DNA from: Terriglobia bacterium
Lineage (GTDB): Bacteria; Acidobacteriota; Terriglobia; 20CM-2-55-15
DNA: 64,000 nucleotides
Reading direction: 5' to 3'
Assembly (NCBI GenBank): GCA_965198225.1
Contig: CBDAOY010000008.1
Location: 768,012-832,011 of the forward strand
The position numbers and the translations under genes were made by a program. The first letter of the stretch is position 1, and each line of letters begins with the position of its first letter. Shown piece after piece: positions 35,515-44,765 of the stretch. The notes below the pieces were generated by a model that was not told the DNA's origin, did not search any database, and saw only the letters and a list, made by a program, of their open reading frames with translations.

Positions 35515-36419
35515 TCTCCGGGGGCCACATCATGGCCCCCGAACTGCTGACGGAGCGCAGCGACGAGCTTGTTAGAGAAAGCGTCCGGGTCCCGGGACTG
35601 CAGGCGCGCAATCAGCGAAAGCGTGATGATGGGGGCGGCCACGTCGAGTTCGACCGCTTCGGCTACGGTCCATCGTCCTTCTCCGGAGTCCTCCACATGG
35701 GCTCCGACGGAGGAAAGTCCCGAATCCTGCCGGAGAGCCCGTTCTGCAAGTTCGAGAAGCCAGGAGCGTATGACGCTACCCTGATTCCAGATTTCGGCGA
35801 CCTGGGACAGGTCCAGGTCAAATTCCGCCTTTTCGCGCAGGATCGCGAAACCCTCGGCGTACGCCTGCATCATCCCGTACTCGATTCCGTTGTGGATCAT
35901 CTTCACGAAGTGTCCTGCTCCAGCGGGTCCGACTCGACCCCACCCTCCGTCCGGGGCGGGTGCAAGCGTCTCGAACACCGGGCGTAGACGATCTACCACC
36001 TCCTCAGTCCCCCCGATCATCAGACAGAAGCCGTCGCTCCGACCCCAGATCCCTCCACTGGTTCCGACGTCCAGGAAGGAGACAGCGTGCGCCCCCAACC
36101 GGCCGTGACGACGGAGCGTGTCTTTATAGTTAGAGTTGCCGCCATCGACGACGATTGCGTCGTTTCCCAGGGCCGGAAGGAGCTCTTCAATTACGGCGTC
36201 GACGGCGCTGCCGGCCGGCAGCATCAGCCACACCACCCTCGGCTCGTGTGTCTTTTGGAGGACATCCGACAACGACTCGGCGGCTTCAAATCCGTCCGGC
36301 TCGAGCCCGCGTGCCATTTCCGGATCCCGATCGTAACCGATGACACGATGGCCGCCCGCCTGGAGTCGGCGCGCAATGTTGGCGCCCATCCGACCCAGGC
36401 CGACGATGCCAATTTCCAT
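35511..36419 (-). CDS. gnd: 6-phosphogluconate dehydrogenase (decarboxylating), short-chain Gnd/YqeC type
   Basis: MEIGIVGLGRMGANIARRL Rossmann motif; ...GGNSNYKDT..., ...GTSGGIWG..., ...HFVKMIHNGIEYGMMQAYAEGF... match 6PGDH. Confidence 0.8.
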   Translation of the reverse strand: MEIGIVGLGRMGANIARRLQAGGHRVIGYDRDPEMARGLEPDGFEAAESLSDVLQKTHEPRVVWLMLPAGSAVDAVIEELLPALGNDAIVVDGGNSNYKDTLRRHGRLGAHAVSFLDVGTSGGIWGRSDGFCLMIGGTEEVVDRLRPVFETLAPAPDGGWGRVGPAGAGHFVKMIHNGIEYGMMQAYAEGFAILREKAEFDLDLSQVAEIWNQGSVIRSWLLELAERALRQDSGLSSVGAHVEDSGEGRWTVAEAVELDVAAPIITLSLIARLQSRDPDAFSNKLVAALRQQFGGHDVAPGD

Positions 36420-36540
36420 AGAGTCCTCCGCACCCGAGGTGACCAGCCATGATAGAACAGAATGCGGTCGATGCGGAGATTGAGCCGGCCCCGCCGGGCC
36501 GGCTTAGGGACAAGTGACGAGTGACAAGTGAGAGTGCCCT

Positions 36541-36590
36541 GACTCCCCTCTTCGGATGAGGAGGGGTGCGGGGGTGGAGCGCACTCTAAC
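36541..36590. repeat. Family-1 hairpin fragment (GACTCCCCTCTTCGGATGAGGAGGGGTG) within GAGTGC...GCACTC, upstream of the SMR gene
   Basis: Matches the termini of family-1 elements; GTGACAAGTGA direct repeats just upstream. Confidence 0.45.
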
Positions 36591-36609
36591 AAAACGAAAG
36601 GATCCCAAT

Positions 36610-36930
36610 ATGGCATGGCTTCTCATTCTGATTGCTGGCACCTTTGAGGTGGTTTGGGCGATAGGGCTCAAGTACACGGACGGCTTCACGCGGCTCTGGC
36701 CCAGTGTGGTGACGGCCGCGGCCATTGTCCTGAGCATGCTTTTTCTGGCCCAGGCTGCGCGCCTGCTTCCGATCGGTACCGCTTACGCGGTCTGGACCGG
36801 GATCGGCGCAGCCGGAACGGCCGTCTTGGGAATCATCCTCTTCGGGGAGTCCCGCGACATCGCGCGCCTGGGCTCGATCCTCGTCATCATTGCCGGGATC
36901 GTCAGCCTCAGCCTCACCTCAGGGGATTAA
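36610..36930 (+). CDS. sugE: SMR family small multidrug/guanidinium exporter (SugE/Gdx-like)
   Basis: [23 protein letters not shown]... with the conserved Glu in TM1; 4 TM; 106 aa. Confidence 0.8.
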   Translation: MAWLLILIAGTFEVVWAIGLKYTDGFTRLWPSVVTAAAIVLSMLFLAQAARLLPIGTAYAVWTGIGAAGTAVLGIILFGESRDIARLGSILVIIAGIVSLSLTSGD

Positions 36931-39485
36931 GGATCCGTTTTACAGCTCTGGGAGAAGGACCGGACCGCTGCCTCAACGACGGCCGTCATCTCCACATAGT
37001 CGTCGCCCACGACATCAATAGCCCGCCCGAACTGCAACCGGAGGTGCCCGGATCGTGGCCAGGAGTCGTGAAGGGAAAGGATGTCGAACATGCCCTCAAT
37101 GTAAGTGGGGACAACCGGTACCCGAAGTCGGAGAGCCATCAGTCCCACTCCGGGGCGGAACGGTTGGAGGCGGCCATCGGGTGTGCGCTTTCCCTCCGGG
37201 AAGAGAAGGGGGCAATAACCCCTTTCTACGAGTTCTCCCGTGTAGCGGAGCGTATCGCGCACCTGTCCCAGATCCTGCGAAAGGGGATAGGCGTTGATCA
37301 GGGAGCAGGCCAGGTAGTATTGAACGTGCATGGACAACGTCTGGAATCGGCCCTGCTGGCCTGCGGGGGGGAAGAAGTGTTCTTGACGCATCGCAGGAGC
37401 CAGGCGTCTTCTCCAGTGACCGGGCAACGCGGCGAGGATAGCCACTGTGTCGAGGTGACTGGTGTGATTTGCGGCGAAGATGACCGGTCCGTCCAGGTCC
37501 GCCAGGTTGTCGAGACCGTCGACTCGCAAGGTGATGTAGTGGTTGAACAGGGGTAGGATCAAGAGTCTCCGCACGGCGCTGCGCGGAAGCGCGACCATCC
37601 GTGATCGGGCCCAGCGCGGCCCTTCGATTCGTGAGCGACCAGCAGCTGGTCCGCTTGACGGCGGTAGGGAAGCAGTAGTGCCTTGGGGGGTGGTTGGGCG
37701 TTTGGCCCGCTCCACCCAGGCCGTCAGGTCGTCGATCGTCGAGAGCCTCGAGAACTCCATCTCGTCCAACTCGAGACCGTATCGTTCTTCGATCCAGGCC
37801 AGGAGGTCGATCCTTTCCAGCGACGACAGGCCCAGATCTTCCGCCAGCCGCCCTCGGCCCGAGACGTCTCTCATTGATCGACCAGTGACATGCTGGAGGT
37901 AGTCGTCGAGCCCGGCGTCCTGGGCCGCGACCTGGCGATCGGAGGACGAGGCGGACAGCCGCTCGCCGACTTTCCGGCGTTGAATTTTCAGCGTTGATGA
38001 GGTGCGCGGAAAGTCTTCGTCGGGCCAGATCGACCACCGTTGGACCCTCTGGTGCGCTTCGAGCCGGCTATTGACGCGGTCCACCAGAGACCCCGGCTCC
38101 GTGTCTGGATCGGACAGAATGAGAACGGCGTGAATCTTCTCGCTGCCTGCCTCAACGACGGGCAGGACGACGCAGTCGCGGACAGCGGCCTCCTGCCTGA
38201 TCGAGGCCTCGACGTCTTCCGGGTAGACGTTCATGCCGTCCGGGGTCACGATAACGTCCTTCTTGCGCCCCTTGTAGACGAGCCGGCCTTCGTTGTCCAA
38301 TTCCCCGAGGTCCCCTGTGTGGAGCCAGCCCTGCGCGTCGGCGACGGGTGTGGTCGAAGAACCGCTCTCCAGGTACTCGCTGACAACACTGCGGCCCCGA
38401 ACCAGAATCTCTCCGTCCTCGTCGATCCGGACTTCCTGGCTTCCGATCACCTTGCCGAGCGTGCCCCGTCGGGCATGGAAGGGATGGTTGACCGACACGA
38501 CGGGGCTGGTCTCGGTCAGGCCGTATCCCTGCACGACCAGGAAACCGACCCTCGACCAAAATGCTTCGGTCTCGGCAGCCAACGCCGCCCCGCCCACGAC
38601 GAAGGACCAGAATTTCATACCGAATTCGCGGTGCACCGACCGGTGGCGCCACCAGCGGCGCGCGACGCCGACCGGCCCCGCGGGCTTTGTCCGTGTGCTC
38701 GGGTGACGTCGCTCGAGGTCCGCCCTCAGGCTGTCGAGAATCCGCGGGACACAGACCAGGACCGAGACGCGTTCTCGACGTATCGCGCGCCGAATCGCCG
38801 CTGGGTGAAGGCCATTCACGAACACGGTTGCCCCACCTAGCAGCACGGGGATAAAAACACCCATGGATTGTCCGAACATGTGGCTCAGAGGCAACAGGTT
38901 CAGGAAGCGAATGGGCTGGAAGGGCTGTGCCCATGTCCTGTAGCGATCAATTTCGACCCGGATCGGATTCAGATTGGCGCATATGTTCCGGTGTCGGTGG
39001 ACGACTCCCTTGGGCTCGGCGGTCGTGCCCGAGGTGTAGATGATCTCCACGATGTCGTCCCCGGTGACCGTTGTCGGATCGAATGAAGAGACCTCGGGAA
39101 GCTGGTTCACATGATCCAGGACGATCTGCTCTGTCGGGAGAGCGAGCTGTTTCTCCCGGTCATGCACCAGGAGCCCGGCATCAGCCTGGGCGAGAATTCT
39201 GGACACGAATTCCGGTGAGGAACCGGGGTCGAGCGGAACGACCTGAACGCCGCGTGCGAGGCAGGCCCAGAAGACTGCGACCCATTCCGGACAGGCTTGA
39301 GCCCAGAGCAGAACGCGATCTCCTTTGCCAATCCCCCTGGAGTCGAGGTGGGAGACGACCCCCGTTATTCGACTTTGAAGGTCGCGATAGGACCATTTCC
39401 ACGTCCGGAATCCGTTCGAGAAGCGGAAGGCTTCGCGAGCGCCCAGAGACGCGATGCGGGGCAGGAGATCCAGCAGCGTTTCCAT
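36927..39485 (-). CDS. Tri-domain acyl-activating enzyme: AMP-binding acyl-(ACP/CoA) synthetase, then a phosphopantetheine-type carrier domain, then a PlsC-type lysophospholipid acyltransferase (Aas-like)
   Basis: AMP-binding blocks (...[14 protein letters not shown]..., ...[21 protein letters not shown]...); carrier-like [20 protein letters not shown]; acyltransferase H(X)4D motif ANHTSHLD and PEGKRT; 852 aa. Confidence 0.7.
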   Translation of the reverse strand: METLLDLLPRIASLGAREAFRFSNGFRTWKWSYRDLQSRITGVVSHLDSRGIGKGDRVLLWAQACPEWVAVFWACLARGVQVVPLDPGSSPEFVSRILAQADAGLLVHDREKQLALPTEQIVLDHVNQLPEVSSFDPTTVTGDDIVEIIYTSGTTAEPKGVVHRHRNICANLNPIRVEIDRYRTWAQPFQPIRFLNLLPLSHMFGQSMGVFIPVLLGGATVFVNGLHPAAIRRAIRRERVSVLVCVPRILDSLRADLERRHPSTRTKPAGPVGVARRWWRHRSVHREFGMKFWSFVVGGAALAAETEAFWSRVGFLVVQGYGLTETSPVVSVNHPFHARRGTLGKVIGSQEVRIDEDGEILVRGRSVVSEYLESGSSTTPVADAQGWLHTGDLGELDNEGRLVYKGRKKDVIVTPDGMNVYPEDVEASIRQEAAVRDCVVLPVVEAGSEKIHAVLILSDPDTEPGSLVDRVNSRLEAHQRVQRWSIWPDEDFPRTSSTLKIQRRKVGERLSASSSDRQVAAQDAGLDDYLQHVTGRSMRDVSGRGRLAEDLGLSSLERIDLLAWIEERYGLELDEMEFSRLSTIDDLTAWVERAKRPTTPQGTTASLPPSSGPAAGRSRIEGPRWARSRMVALPRSAVRRLLILPLFNHYITLRVDGLDNLADLDGPVIFAANHTSHLDTVAILAALPGHWRRRLAPAMRQEHFFPPAGQQGRFQTLSMHVQYYLACSLINAYPLSQDLGQVRDTLRYTGELVERGYCPLLFPEGKRTPDGRLQPFRPGVGLMALRLRVPVVPTYIEGMFDILSLHDSWPRSGHLRLQFGRAIDVVGDDYVEMTAVVEAAVRSFSQSCKTDP

Positions 39486-39704
39486 GGTTCACACAGCCGA
39501 TCGTCTGAGGAATAAATCCTTGACCTCGAATTCATCCTACCTTACAAAGAAGATACGGGCACAACGGCGTCCCCGAGGCGGGAATTCTCCGAGCGAGAAG
39601 CGTTCGCGCCGCCGACAACGAAGTCAAACGAGACAAAGGCGTCCAATGGTGAGGATACCCCTCTTCATTGGACTTTTTTGTGCCATCAAGGAGATGTCGT
39701 TCTT

Positions 39705-41102
39705 ATGAAACTCAGGACCCTGTCGGTCGCGAGTATTATTCCGTTGCTCTTCGGGCCAGCCGCCGCCGCGGCGGCGCCGCAAGAAGCCGCATCTGTAGCT
39801 GTGAACTCCGGGGATACAGCCTGGATCATGGTTTGCTCCGCCCTCGTACTGCTCATGACGATTCCGGGCCTGGCGCTTTTCTACGGCGGCCTGGTCCACA
39901 CGAAAAACGTTCTGGCCACTTTGATGCAGAGCTTCATCATTGCAGCACTCATCAGCGTTCAGTGGGTTGTGATTGGCTACAGTCTGGCCTTCTCTCCGGG
40001 TGCACTCATCGGTGGGTTGGATTGGATCGGGCTCCAGGGTGTCGGTCTGGAACCCGGGATGTATTCCGACACGATTCCGCACCAGGCCTTCATGGTGTTC
40101 CAGTTGATGTTTGCCATCATCACCCCGGCACTGATGACCGGAGCCTTTGCCGAGCGGATGAAGTTCAGCACGTTCCTGGTGTTCACGCTCCTCTGGGCAA
40201 CCTTCATTTACGACCCCTTGGCTCACTGGGTCTGGGGCTCGGGCGGATGGCTTGGCGAGCTGGGAGCGCTGGATTTTGCCGGCGGAACCGTCGTGCACAT
40301 CAGTTCGGGCATCTCCGCGCTTGTCGCTGCGCTCATGATCGGACGCCGGATCAATTACGGTCACATGACACCGCCCCACAACCTTCCGTTCACCGTGCTC
40401 GGTGCATCGCTCCTGTGGGTTGGCTGGTTCGGCTTCAACGCCGGATCATCGCTTGCGGCGGATGGCCTGGCGGTCAGCGCTTTTGTCGTGACCAACACCG
40501 CGGGTGCGTCCGGTGTGCTGGGGTGGATGGGCGCGGAGTGGTTCACCAAGGGGAAGCCGACTATGCTGGGCGCCGCGACCGGTGCGGTTGCGGGCCTGGT
40601 GGCGATCACTCCCGCGGCGGGCTTCGTCGGGCCGGTGTCGGCCATCGCGATCGGTTTCATCGCGGGCAAGCTGTGCTACTGGGCCTGCGAGCTGAAAGCC
40701 CGACTCGGTTATGACGACGCGCTCGACGTCGTGGGCGTCCATGGCGTCGGCGGAGTGTGGGGCGCCCTGGCGACCGGTGTGTTCGCATCGACTGCCGTGA
40801 ACCCGGATGGCGCAAATGGACTGCTCTACGGAAATCCCGGTCTGGTATGGACCCAGTTCATCGCCGTCGTCGCCACGGTGGCCTTCGCTGGAATCGGAAC
40901 CTTCCTGATCCTCAGCTTGCTGAAGGTCGTGATGGGGCTGCGTGTCACTGCCGAGGAGGAGCAACTGGGCCTGGACATGAGCCAGCACAGCGAGAATGCC
41001 TACGCGTTCGAACCGACCGGGTATGGGGAATCAGCGCCGGAGTGGGCCCTGGAGGAAACGGGGAAGGGTGTGCCCGCGGAGGGATCGGTGTTGGAGTCGT
41101 AG
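39705..41102 (+). CDS. amt: Ammonium transporter (Amt/MEP family)
   Basis: Signal peptide, 11 TM; ...DTAWIMVCSALVLLMTIPGLALFYGGLV..., ...DFAGGTVVHISSG... signatures; ORF 39678 trimmed to ATG 39705. Confidence 0.85.
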   Translation: MKLRTLSVASIIPLLFGPAAAAAAPQEAASVAVNSGDTAWIMVCSALVLLMTIPGLALFYGGLVHTKNVLATLMQSFIIAALISVQWVVIGYSLAFSPGALIGGLDWIGLQGVGLEPGMYSDTIPHQAFMVFQLMFAIITPALMTGAFAERMKFSTFLVFTLLWATFIYDPLAHWVWGSGGWLGELGALDFAGGTVVHISSGISALVAALMIGRRINYGHMTPPHNLPFTVLGASLLWVGWFGFNAGSSLAADGLAVSAFVVTNTAGASGVLGWMGAEWFTKGKPTMLGAATGAVAGLVAITPAAGFVGPVSAIAIGFIAGKLCYWACELKARLGYDDALDVVGVHGVGGVWGALATGVFASTAVNPDGANGLLYGNPGLVWTQFIAVVATVAFAGIGTFLILSLLKVVMGLRVTAEEEQLGLDMSQHSENAYAFEPTGYGESAPEWALEETGKGVPAEGSVLES

Positions 41103-41273
41103 GCCGTAGGCCGTTGCGCGTAGGCCGATGGGCCAACCGAACAGGTCGTCTCCATCCGACTGCAGCTCACATTGTCACACCGCGGACCGTCAGTGCGGGA
41201 CACCATCGACCGTTATGCGTCCCTAACGGCCTACGGCCTACGTTCTTCATCCGCGGCCTACGTTCTTCACGAA
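41100..41273. repeat. Family-3 element: GTAGGCCGTAGGCCGTT... ...AACGGCCTACGGCCTACG inverted termini around a roughly 110-bp core
   Basis: Related copy at 42585-42735; fragments at 350-375 and 8030-8056; overlaps the amt stop and the oadB-like stop. Confidence 0.5.
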
Positions 41274-42412
41274 ATTCCCAGCCCGCTGACCACCGACAGC
41301 ATGATCGCCGCGGCCATGATGGAGCCGACTTGACCCCCGGTGTTGGCTCCCATGGCGTGCATCAGCAGGTAGTTTTTCCGGTTGTATTTCTGACCTTCGA
41401 CCTGAGCGACACGCGCAGCCATCGGGAACGCCGAGATGCCGGCGGCGCCGATCAGGGGATTGACCTTACCTCCGGTCGCGAGACACATCAGCTTGCCGAA
41501 CAGGACCCCCATCGCCGTGTCCAGGATGATGGCGATGAACCCGAGGGCGAAGATGCCCAGCGTCTGGATCTGTAGAAACTGTTCAGCCTGCATCGTCGCA
41601 CCTATCGTCAAGCCCAACAGGAGCGTCACGATGTTTGCGATCTCGTTCGCCGAGGTCTGGGCCAGACGGTCGACGACGCCCGCTTCCTTCATCAGGTTGC
41701 CGAGCATCAACATGCCCATCAGGGGCGCTCCGACGGGCGCGATCAATGCGGTGAAGACTGTCACGACGATGGGAAAACAGATCTTGGCCCTCTTCGAGAC
41801 CGACTTCTGTCCGCTGCTTCCCATCATTACCTGTTTTTCCTTCTTCGTCGTCAGGAGCCGCATCACAGGCGGCTGGATCAGGGGAACCAGCGACATGTAG
41901 GAGTAGGCGGCGACGGAGACGGATCCGAGCAGGTGGGGCGCATAAGTCGACGTGACGTAGATCGCGGTAGGGCCGTCGCAGGCCCCGATGATCCCGATGG
42001 CAAGCGCTTCGAGTTTTGTGAAACCGATCAACAACGCCAGCAGCAAGGTCAGGAAGATCCCGAACTGCCCGGCCGCGCCGAGAAGCAGGATTTTCGGGTT
42101 GGCCAGCAGGGGTTCAAAGTCGGTCATCGCGCCGATCCCGACGAAAATGAATATGGGAAAGAGCTCCGTGAGGATACCTGCATCATAAAGCGTCCGGAGA
42201 AACCCGTCCGGCCCCATCACCTCGGCAAGAGGGATGTTCGTCAGGATTGCGCCGAACCCGATGGGAACGAGCAGCAGCGGCTCGAATCCCCGACCGATGC
42301 CCAGGTACAGCAGACCGCAGCCGATGAGCATCATGAGGAGATGTCCGGCCGTGAAGTTGGTGAAGCCGAGAAGGAGGGTCTCCAAACCGGCACGTAGCGA
42401 CTCTGTCAGCAC
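41267..42412 (-). CDS. Na+-translocating decarboxylase beta subunit (OadB/MmdB/GcdB family)
   Basis: 9-10 TM; family-typical ...ILTNIPLAEVMGPDGFL..., ...FIFVGIGAMTDFEPLL..., ...NPLIGAAGISAFPMAARVA...; GTG start. Confidence 0.8.
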   Translation of the reverse strand: MLTESLRAGLETLLLGFTNFTAGHLLMMLIGCGLLYLGIGRGFEPLLLVPIGFGAILTNIPLAEVMGPDGFLRTLYDAGILTELFPIFIFVGIGAMTDFEPLLANPKILLLGAAGQFGIFLTLLLALLIGFTKLEALAIGIIGACDGPTAIYVTSTYAPHLLGSVSVAAYSYMSLVPLIQPPVMRLLTTKKEKQVMMGSSGQKSVSKRAKICFPIVVTVFTALIAPVGAPLMGMLMLGNLMKEAGVVDRLAQTSANEIANIVTLLLGLTIGATMQAEQFLQIQTLGIFALGFIAIILDTAMGVLFGKLMCLATGGKVNPLIGAAGISAFPMAARVAQVEGQKYNRKNYLLMHAMGANTGGQVGSIMAAAIMLSVVSGLGIS

Positions 42413-42428
42413 GTTGTTTCGGTCCCGC

Positions 42429-42572
42429 CTATTTCGTCTGTTGGTTGTCTTTGGTTTCCACGGGGAAGGCCTTCTTCAGGGCCGATATGAGCAGGCTCAG
42501 AATCCACAGGCTGAGCAGCGTGCCACCCATCCCGATCACGGTCATGGTTATGCCGAATGTCAGGTTGTCCAT
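42429..42572 (-). CDS. Small single-TM protein, likely decarboxylase gamma subunit (OadG-like)
   Basis: MDNLTFGITMTVIGMGGTLLSLWILSLLISALKKAFPVETKDNQQTK (47 aa), located between the biotin-carrier and beta-subunit genes; not in the ORF track. Confidence 0.4.
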   Translation of the reverse strand: MDNLTFGITMTVIGMGGTLLSLWILSLLISALKKAFPVETKDNQQTK

Positions 42573-42584
42573 GGGGTAGAAGAA

Positions 42585-42768
42585 GTAGGCCGTAGGCCGT
42601 TATCCGTTGTCCGTTCAGTGCCCGACAAGGTTTCCTCAGTCCGACAGCCGTTCAAGCCTGAGGTATGCGAACTGTCATTGCTGGCGGATGTCAACGGTCA
42701 TGCTCCCCTAACGGCCTACGGACAACGGCCTACGGATTGGGAGCATCGGCCTTCAGCCGATGCTCCCA
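42585..42768. repeat. Family-3 element (GTAGGCCGTAGGCCGTTATCCGTTGTCCGTT ... AACGGCCTACGGACAACGGCCTACGG) plus an adjacent 14-bp-stem hairpin over the biotin-carrier stop
   Basis: Inverted termini about 100 nt apart; hairpin TTGGGAGCATCGGC-cttca-GCCGATGCTCCCAA at 42736-42768. Confidence 0.5.
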
Positions 42769-42968
42769 ATCACCTCATCCGCCTCCACCATCTGGCCCGC
42801 CGAAACCTTGATCTCTTCGATGGTGCCCGATTCCGGGGCGACGACCGGGATCTCCATCTTCATCGCTTCCATCACGATGACGGTGTCGTCTTCTTCGACC
42901 TGGTCGCCGACGCTGGCCTGAATCTCGAGTATCTTGCCCACCATCGGTGCTGTGATTGGAATTGCCAT
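42756..42968 (-). CDS. Biotin carboxyl carrier (biotinyl domain) subunit
   Basis: ...VIVMEAMKMEIPVVAPESG... with the biotinyl-lysine motif EAMKM; about 70 aa. Confidence 0.7.
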
Positions 42969-42975
42969 GAATCCC

Positions 42976-44529
42976 TCAAACCGGCATGACGCCGTGTTTC
43001 TTTTCGGGTCTGGATTCGACCTTGTTCGTGAGCATCTCCAGCGACTGGATGAGGCGGATGCGCGTATCCTCGGCCGCGATCGCTGCATGCGCGTAGCTTT
43101 TCTTGACTGCGTCGAACGGGCCGCTGAACCGCTCATTGAATTCCTCGAGCTTCTCCCGTCGGACCTTTTCCGGCTCGTCGGACTCTTCGATCTCCCGTTT
43201 GTACAGGACGCCGACGGCCCCGGCGCCCCCCATCACGGCCAACTCGACGCCCGGCCAGACGAACACCTGGTCCGCACCCATTTCCCGGGTACACATGGCC
43301 TGCTTCGCCCCGCCGTACCCCTTCCGCAGGTAGACGGTGATCTTCGGCACGGTCGATTCCGCATAGGCATAGAGCATCTTGGCACCGTGCCGAATGATTC
43401 CCAGCTGTTCCTGCTTCGTACCGGGCAGGTATCCGGGCACATCGACGAGCGTAATGATCGGAATATTGAAGGCGTCGCAAAGTCGAATGAAGCGAGACGC
43501 CTTGTCGGAACAGTCGACGTCGAGGCTTCCCGCGAGGAACATCGGCTGGTTTGCGATGAACCCGACCGAGCGTCCGTCGAGCCTCGCGACGCCGGTGACG
43601 ATGTTCCGGGCCCATTTCGCTTTCACTTCTGTGAAACGCGAACCGTCGGCGAGCTTCTTGATGACCTTGCGGATGTCATAGGGCTTCCGCGCCACCTCGG
43701 GAACGAGCGAGTTCATGTCGGCGATCCGGCGCAGGGGGTCGTCGTTGGACTCCACTCTGACCGGCACCTGCCCGTTGTTGGGCGGAAAGTAGTCGAGAAG
43801 GGTCTTGATCGTCTCGATGCACTCTTCGTCGTCCGAAGCGACCAGGTCCGCTACACCGGAGACCTGGGAGTGGATCTTCGAACCTCCGAGTTGTTCCATG
43901 CTGACTTCCTCTCCGGTCACCTCCTTGATGACCGAAGGTCCCGTGATGAACATCTGGCTGGATCCCTTCACCATGACGATCAGGTCCGTCAGAGCCGGAG
44001 AGTACGCAGCGACGCCGATGCAGGGACCCATGATGGCTGAGATCTGGGGCACGACGCCGGAGGTTATGGTGTTCTCGTAGAACATCTTTCCGATTGAACG
44101 CGTAACATCGAGACCTTCTTGAATCCTCGCGCCGGCAGAGTCATACAGGCCGACGACGGGCACGCCCACCTTCCTTGCTGTCGCGATGGTGTAGGCGATC
44201 TTTTCGGCGTGGACACTTCCCACCGTTCCGGCAAAACTCGTGAAATCCTGCGCGAACAGATAAGTCAGCCGGCCGTTGACCTTGCCGAAGCCGGTGATCA
44301 CACCATCACCGGGCTTCTTCCGTTCGGCCATCCCGAAATCGGTGGCCGGACTTTCTGCCAGGAGGAACTCTTCGACGAAGGTGCCGTCGTCGAAGAGTTG
44401 CGCGATCCGTTCCCTGGCAGTCAGCTTGCCCTGCTCGTGCTGGCGCTGGACGCTCTTTTCGTTTCCGCGAACTGTCTGCGCTTCCAGCGCATCGAGTTTG
44501 GCCTTCAGTTCATCGCGTGGCTTCGACAT
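42976..44529 (-). CDS. Acyl-CoA carboxyltransferase subunit (methylmalonyl-CoA decarboxylase alpha / propionyl-CoA carboxylase beta family)
   Basis: ...GKLTARERIAQLFDDGTF..., two carboxyltransferase half-domains, ...MGGSKIHSQVSGVADL...; ORF trimmed to MSKPRDEL. Confidence 0.8.
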   Translation of the reverse strand: MSKPRDELKAKLDALEAQTVRGNEKSVQRQHEQGKLTARERIAQLFDDGTFVEEFLLAESPATDFGMAERKKPGDGVITGFGKVNGRLTYLFAQDFTSFAGTVGSVHAEKIAYTIATARKVGVPVVGLYDSAGARIQEGLDVTRSIGKMFYENTITSGVVPQISAIMGPCIGVAAYSPALTDLIVMVKGSSQMFITGPSVIKEVTGEEVSMEQLGGSKIHSQVSGVADLVASDDEECIETIKTLLDYFPPNNGQVPVRVESNDDPLRRIADMNSLVPEVARKPYDIRKVIKKLADGSRFTEVKAKWARNIVTGVARLDGRSVGFIANQPMFLAGSLDVDCSDKASRFIRLCDAFNIPIITLVDVPGYLPGTKQEQLGIIRHGAKMLYAYAESTVPKITVYLRKGYGGAKQAMCTREMGADQVFVWPGVELAVMGGAGAVGVLYKREIEESDEPEKVRREKLEEFNERFSGPFDAVKKSYAHAAIAAEDTRIRLIQSLEMLTNKVESRPEKKHGVMPV

Positions 44530-44585
44530 GAGCCAACAAAGGTAAAACGTAGGTGGTGTGCGGGGCAAGCCTCTGTTTCAGAAAC

Positions 44586-44753
44586 GGACTCCCCTCCTCG
44601 GATCAGGAGGGGTGGCGCGAAGCGCCAGGGTGGTGTCGACCGGGAAGAAAACCACCCCGTTGGCGCCCTTGGCGCATCCACCCGGGCAATCGAACCACCC
44701 CGTCTGCGCCTTCGGCGCATCCACGCCTCCTTATCTATCCAAGGAGGGGAGTC
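44586..44753. repeat. Family-1 REP/MITE-like element (full modular copy)
   Basis: GGACTCCCCTCCTCGGATCAGGAGGGGTGGCGCGAAGCGCCAGGGTGGTG ... ACCACCCCGTCTGCGCCTTCGGCGCATCCAC...CTCCTTATCTATCCAAGGAGGGGAGTC. Confidence 0.6.
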
Positions 44754-44765
44754 GGGGGGGGATTA

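Noticed and set aside
36430-36609. Guanidine riboswitch call upstream of sugE
   Set aside because: I could not recognise the ykkC-family consensus by eye, and the main hairpin is a family-1 repeat. It is kept only as a low-interest lead for Rfam checking.
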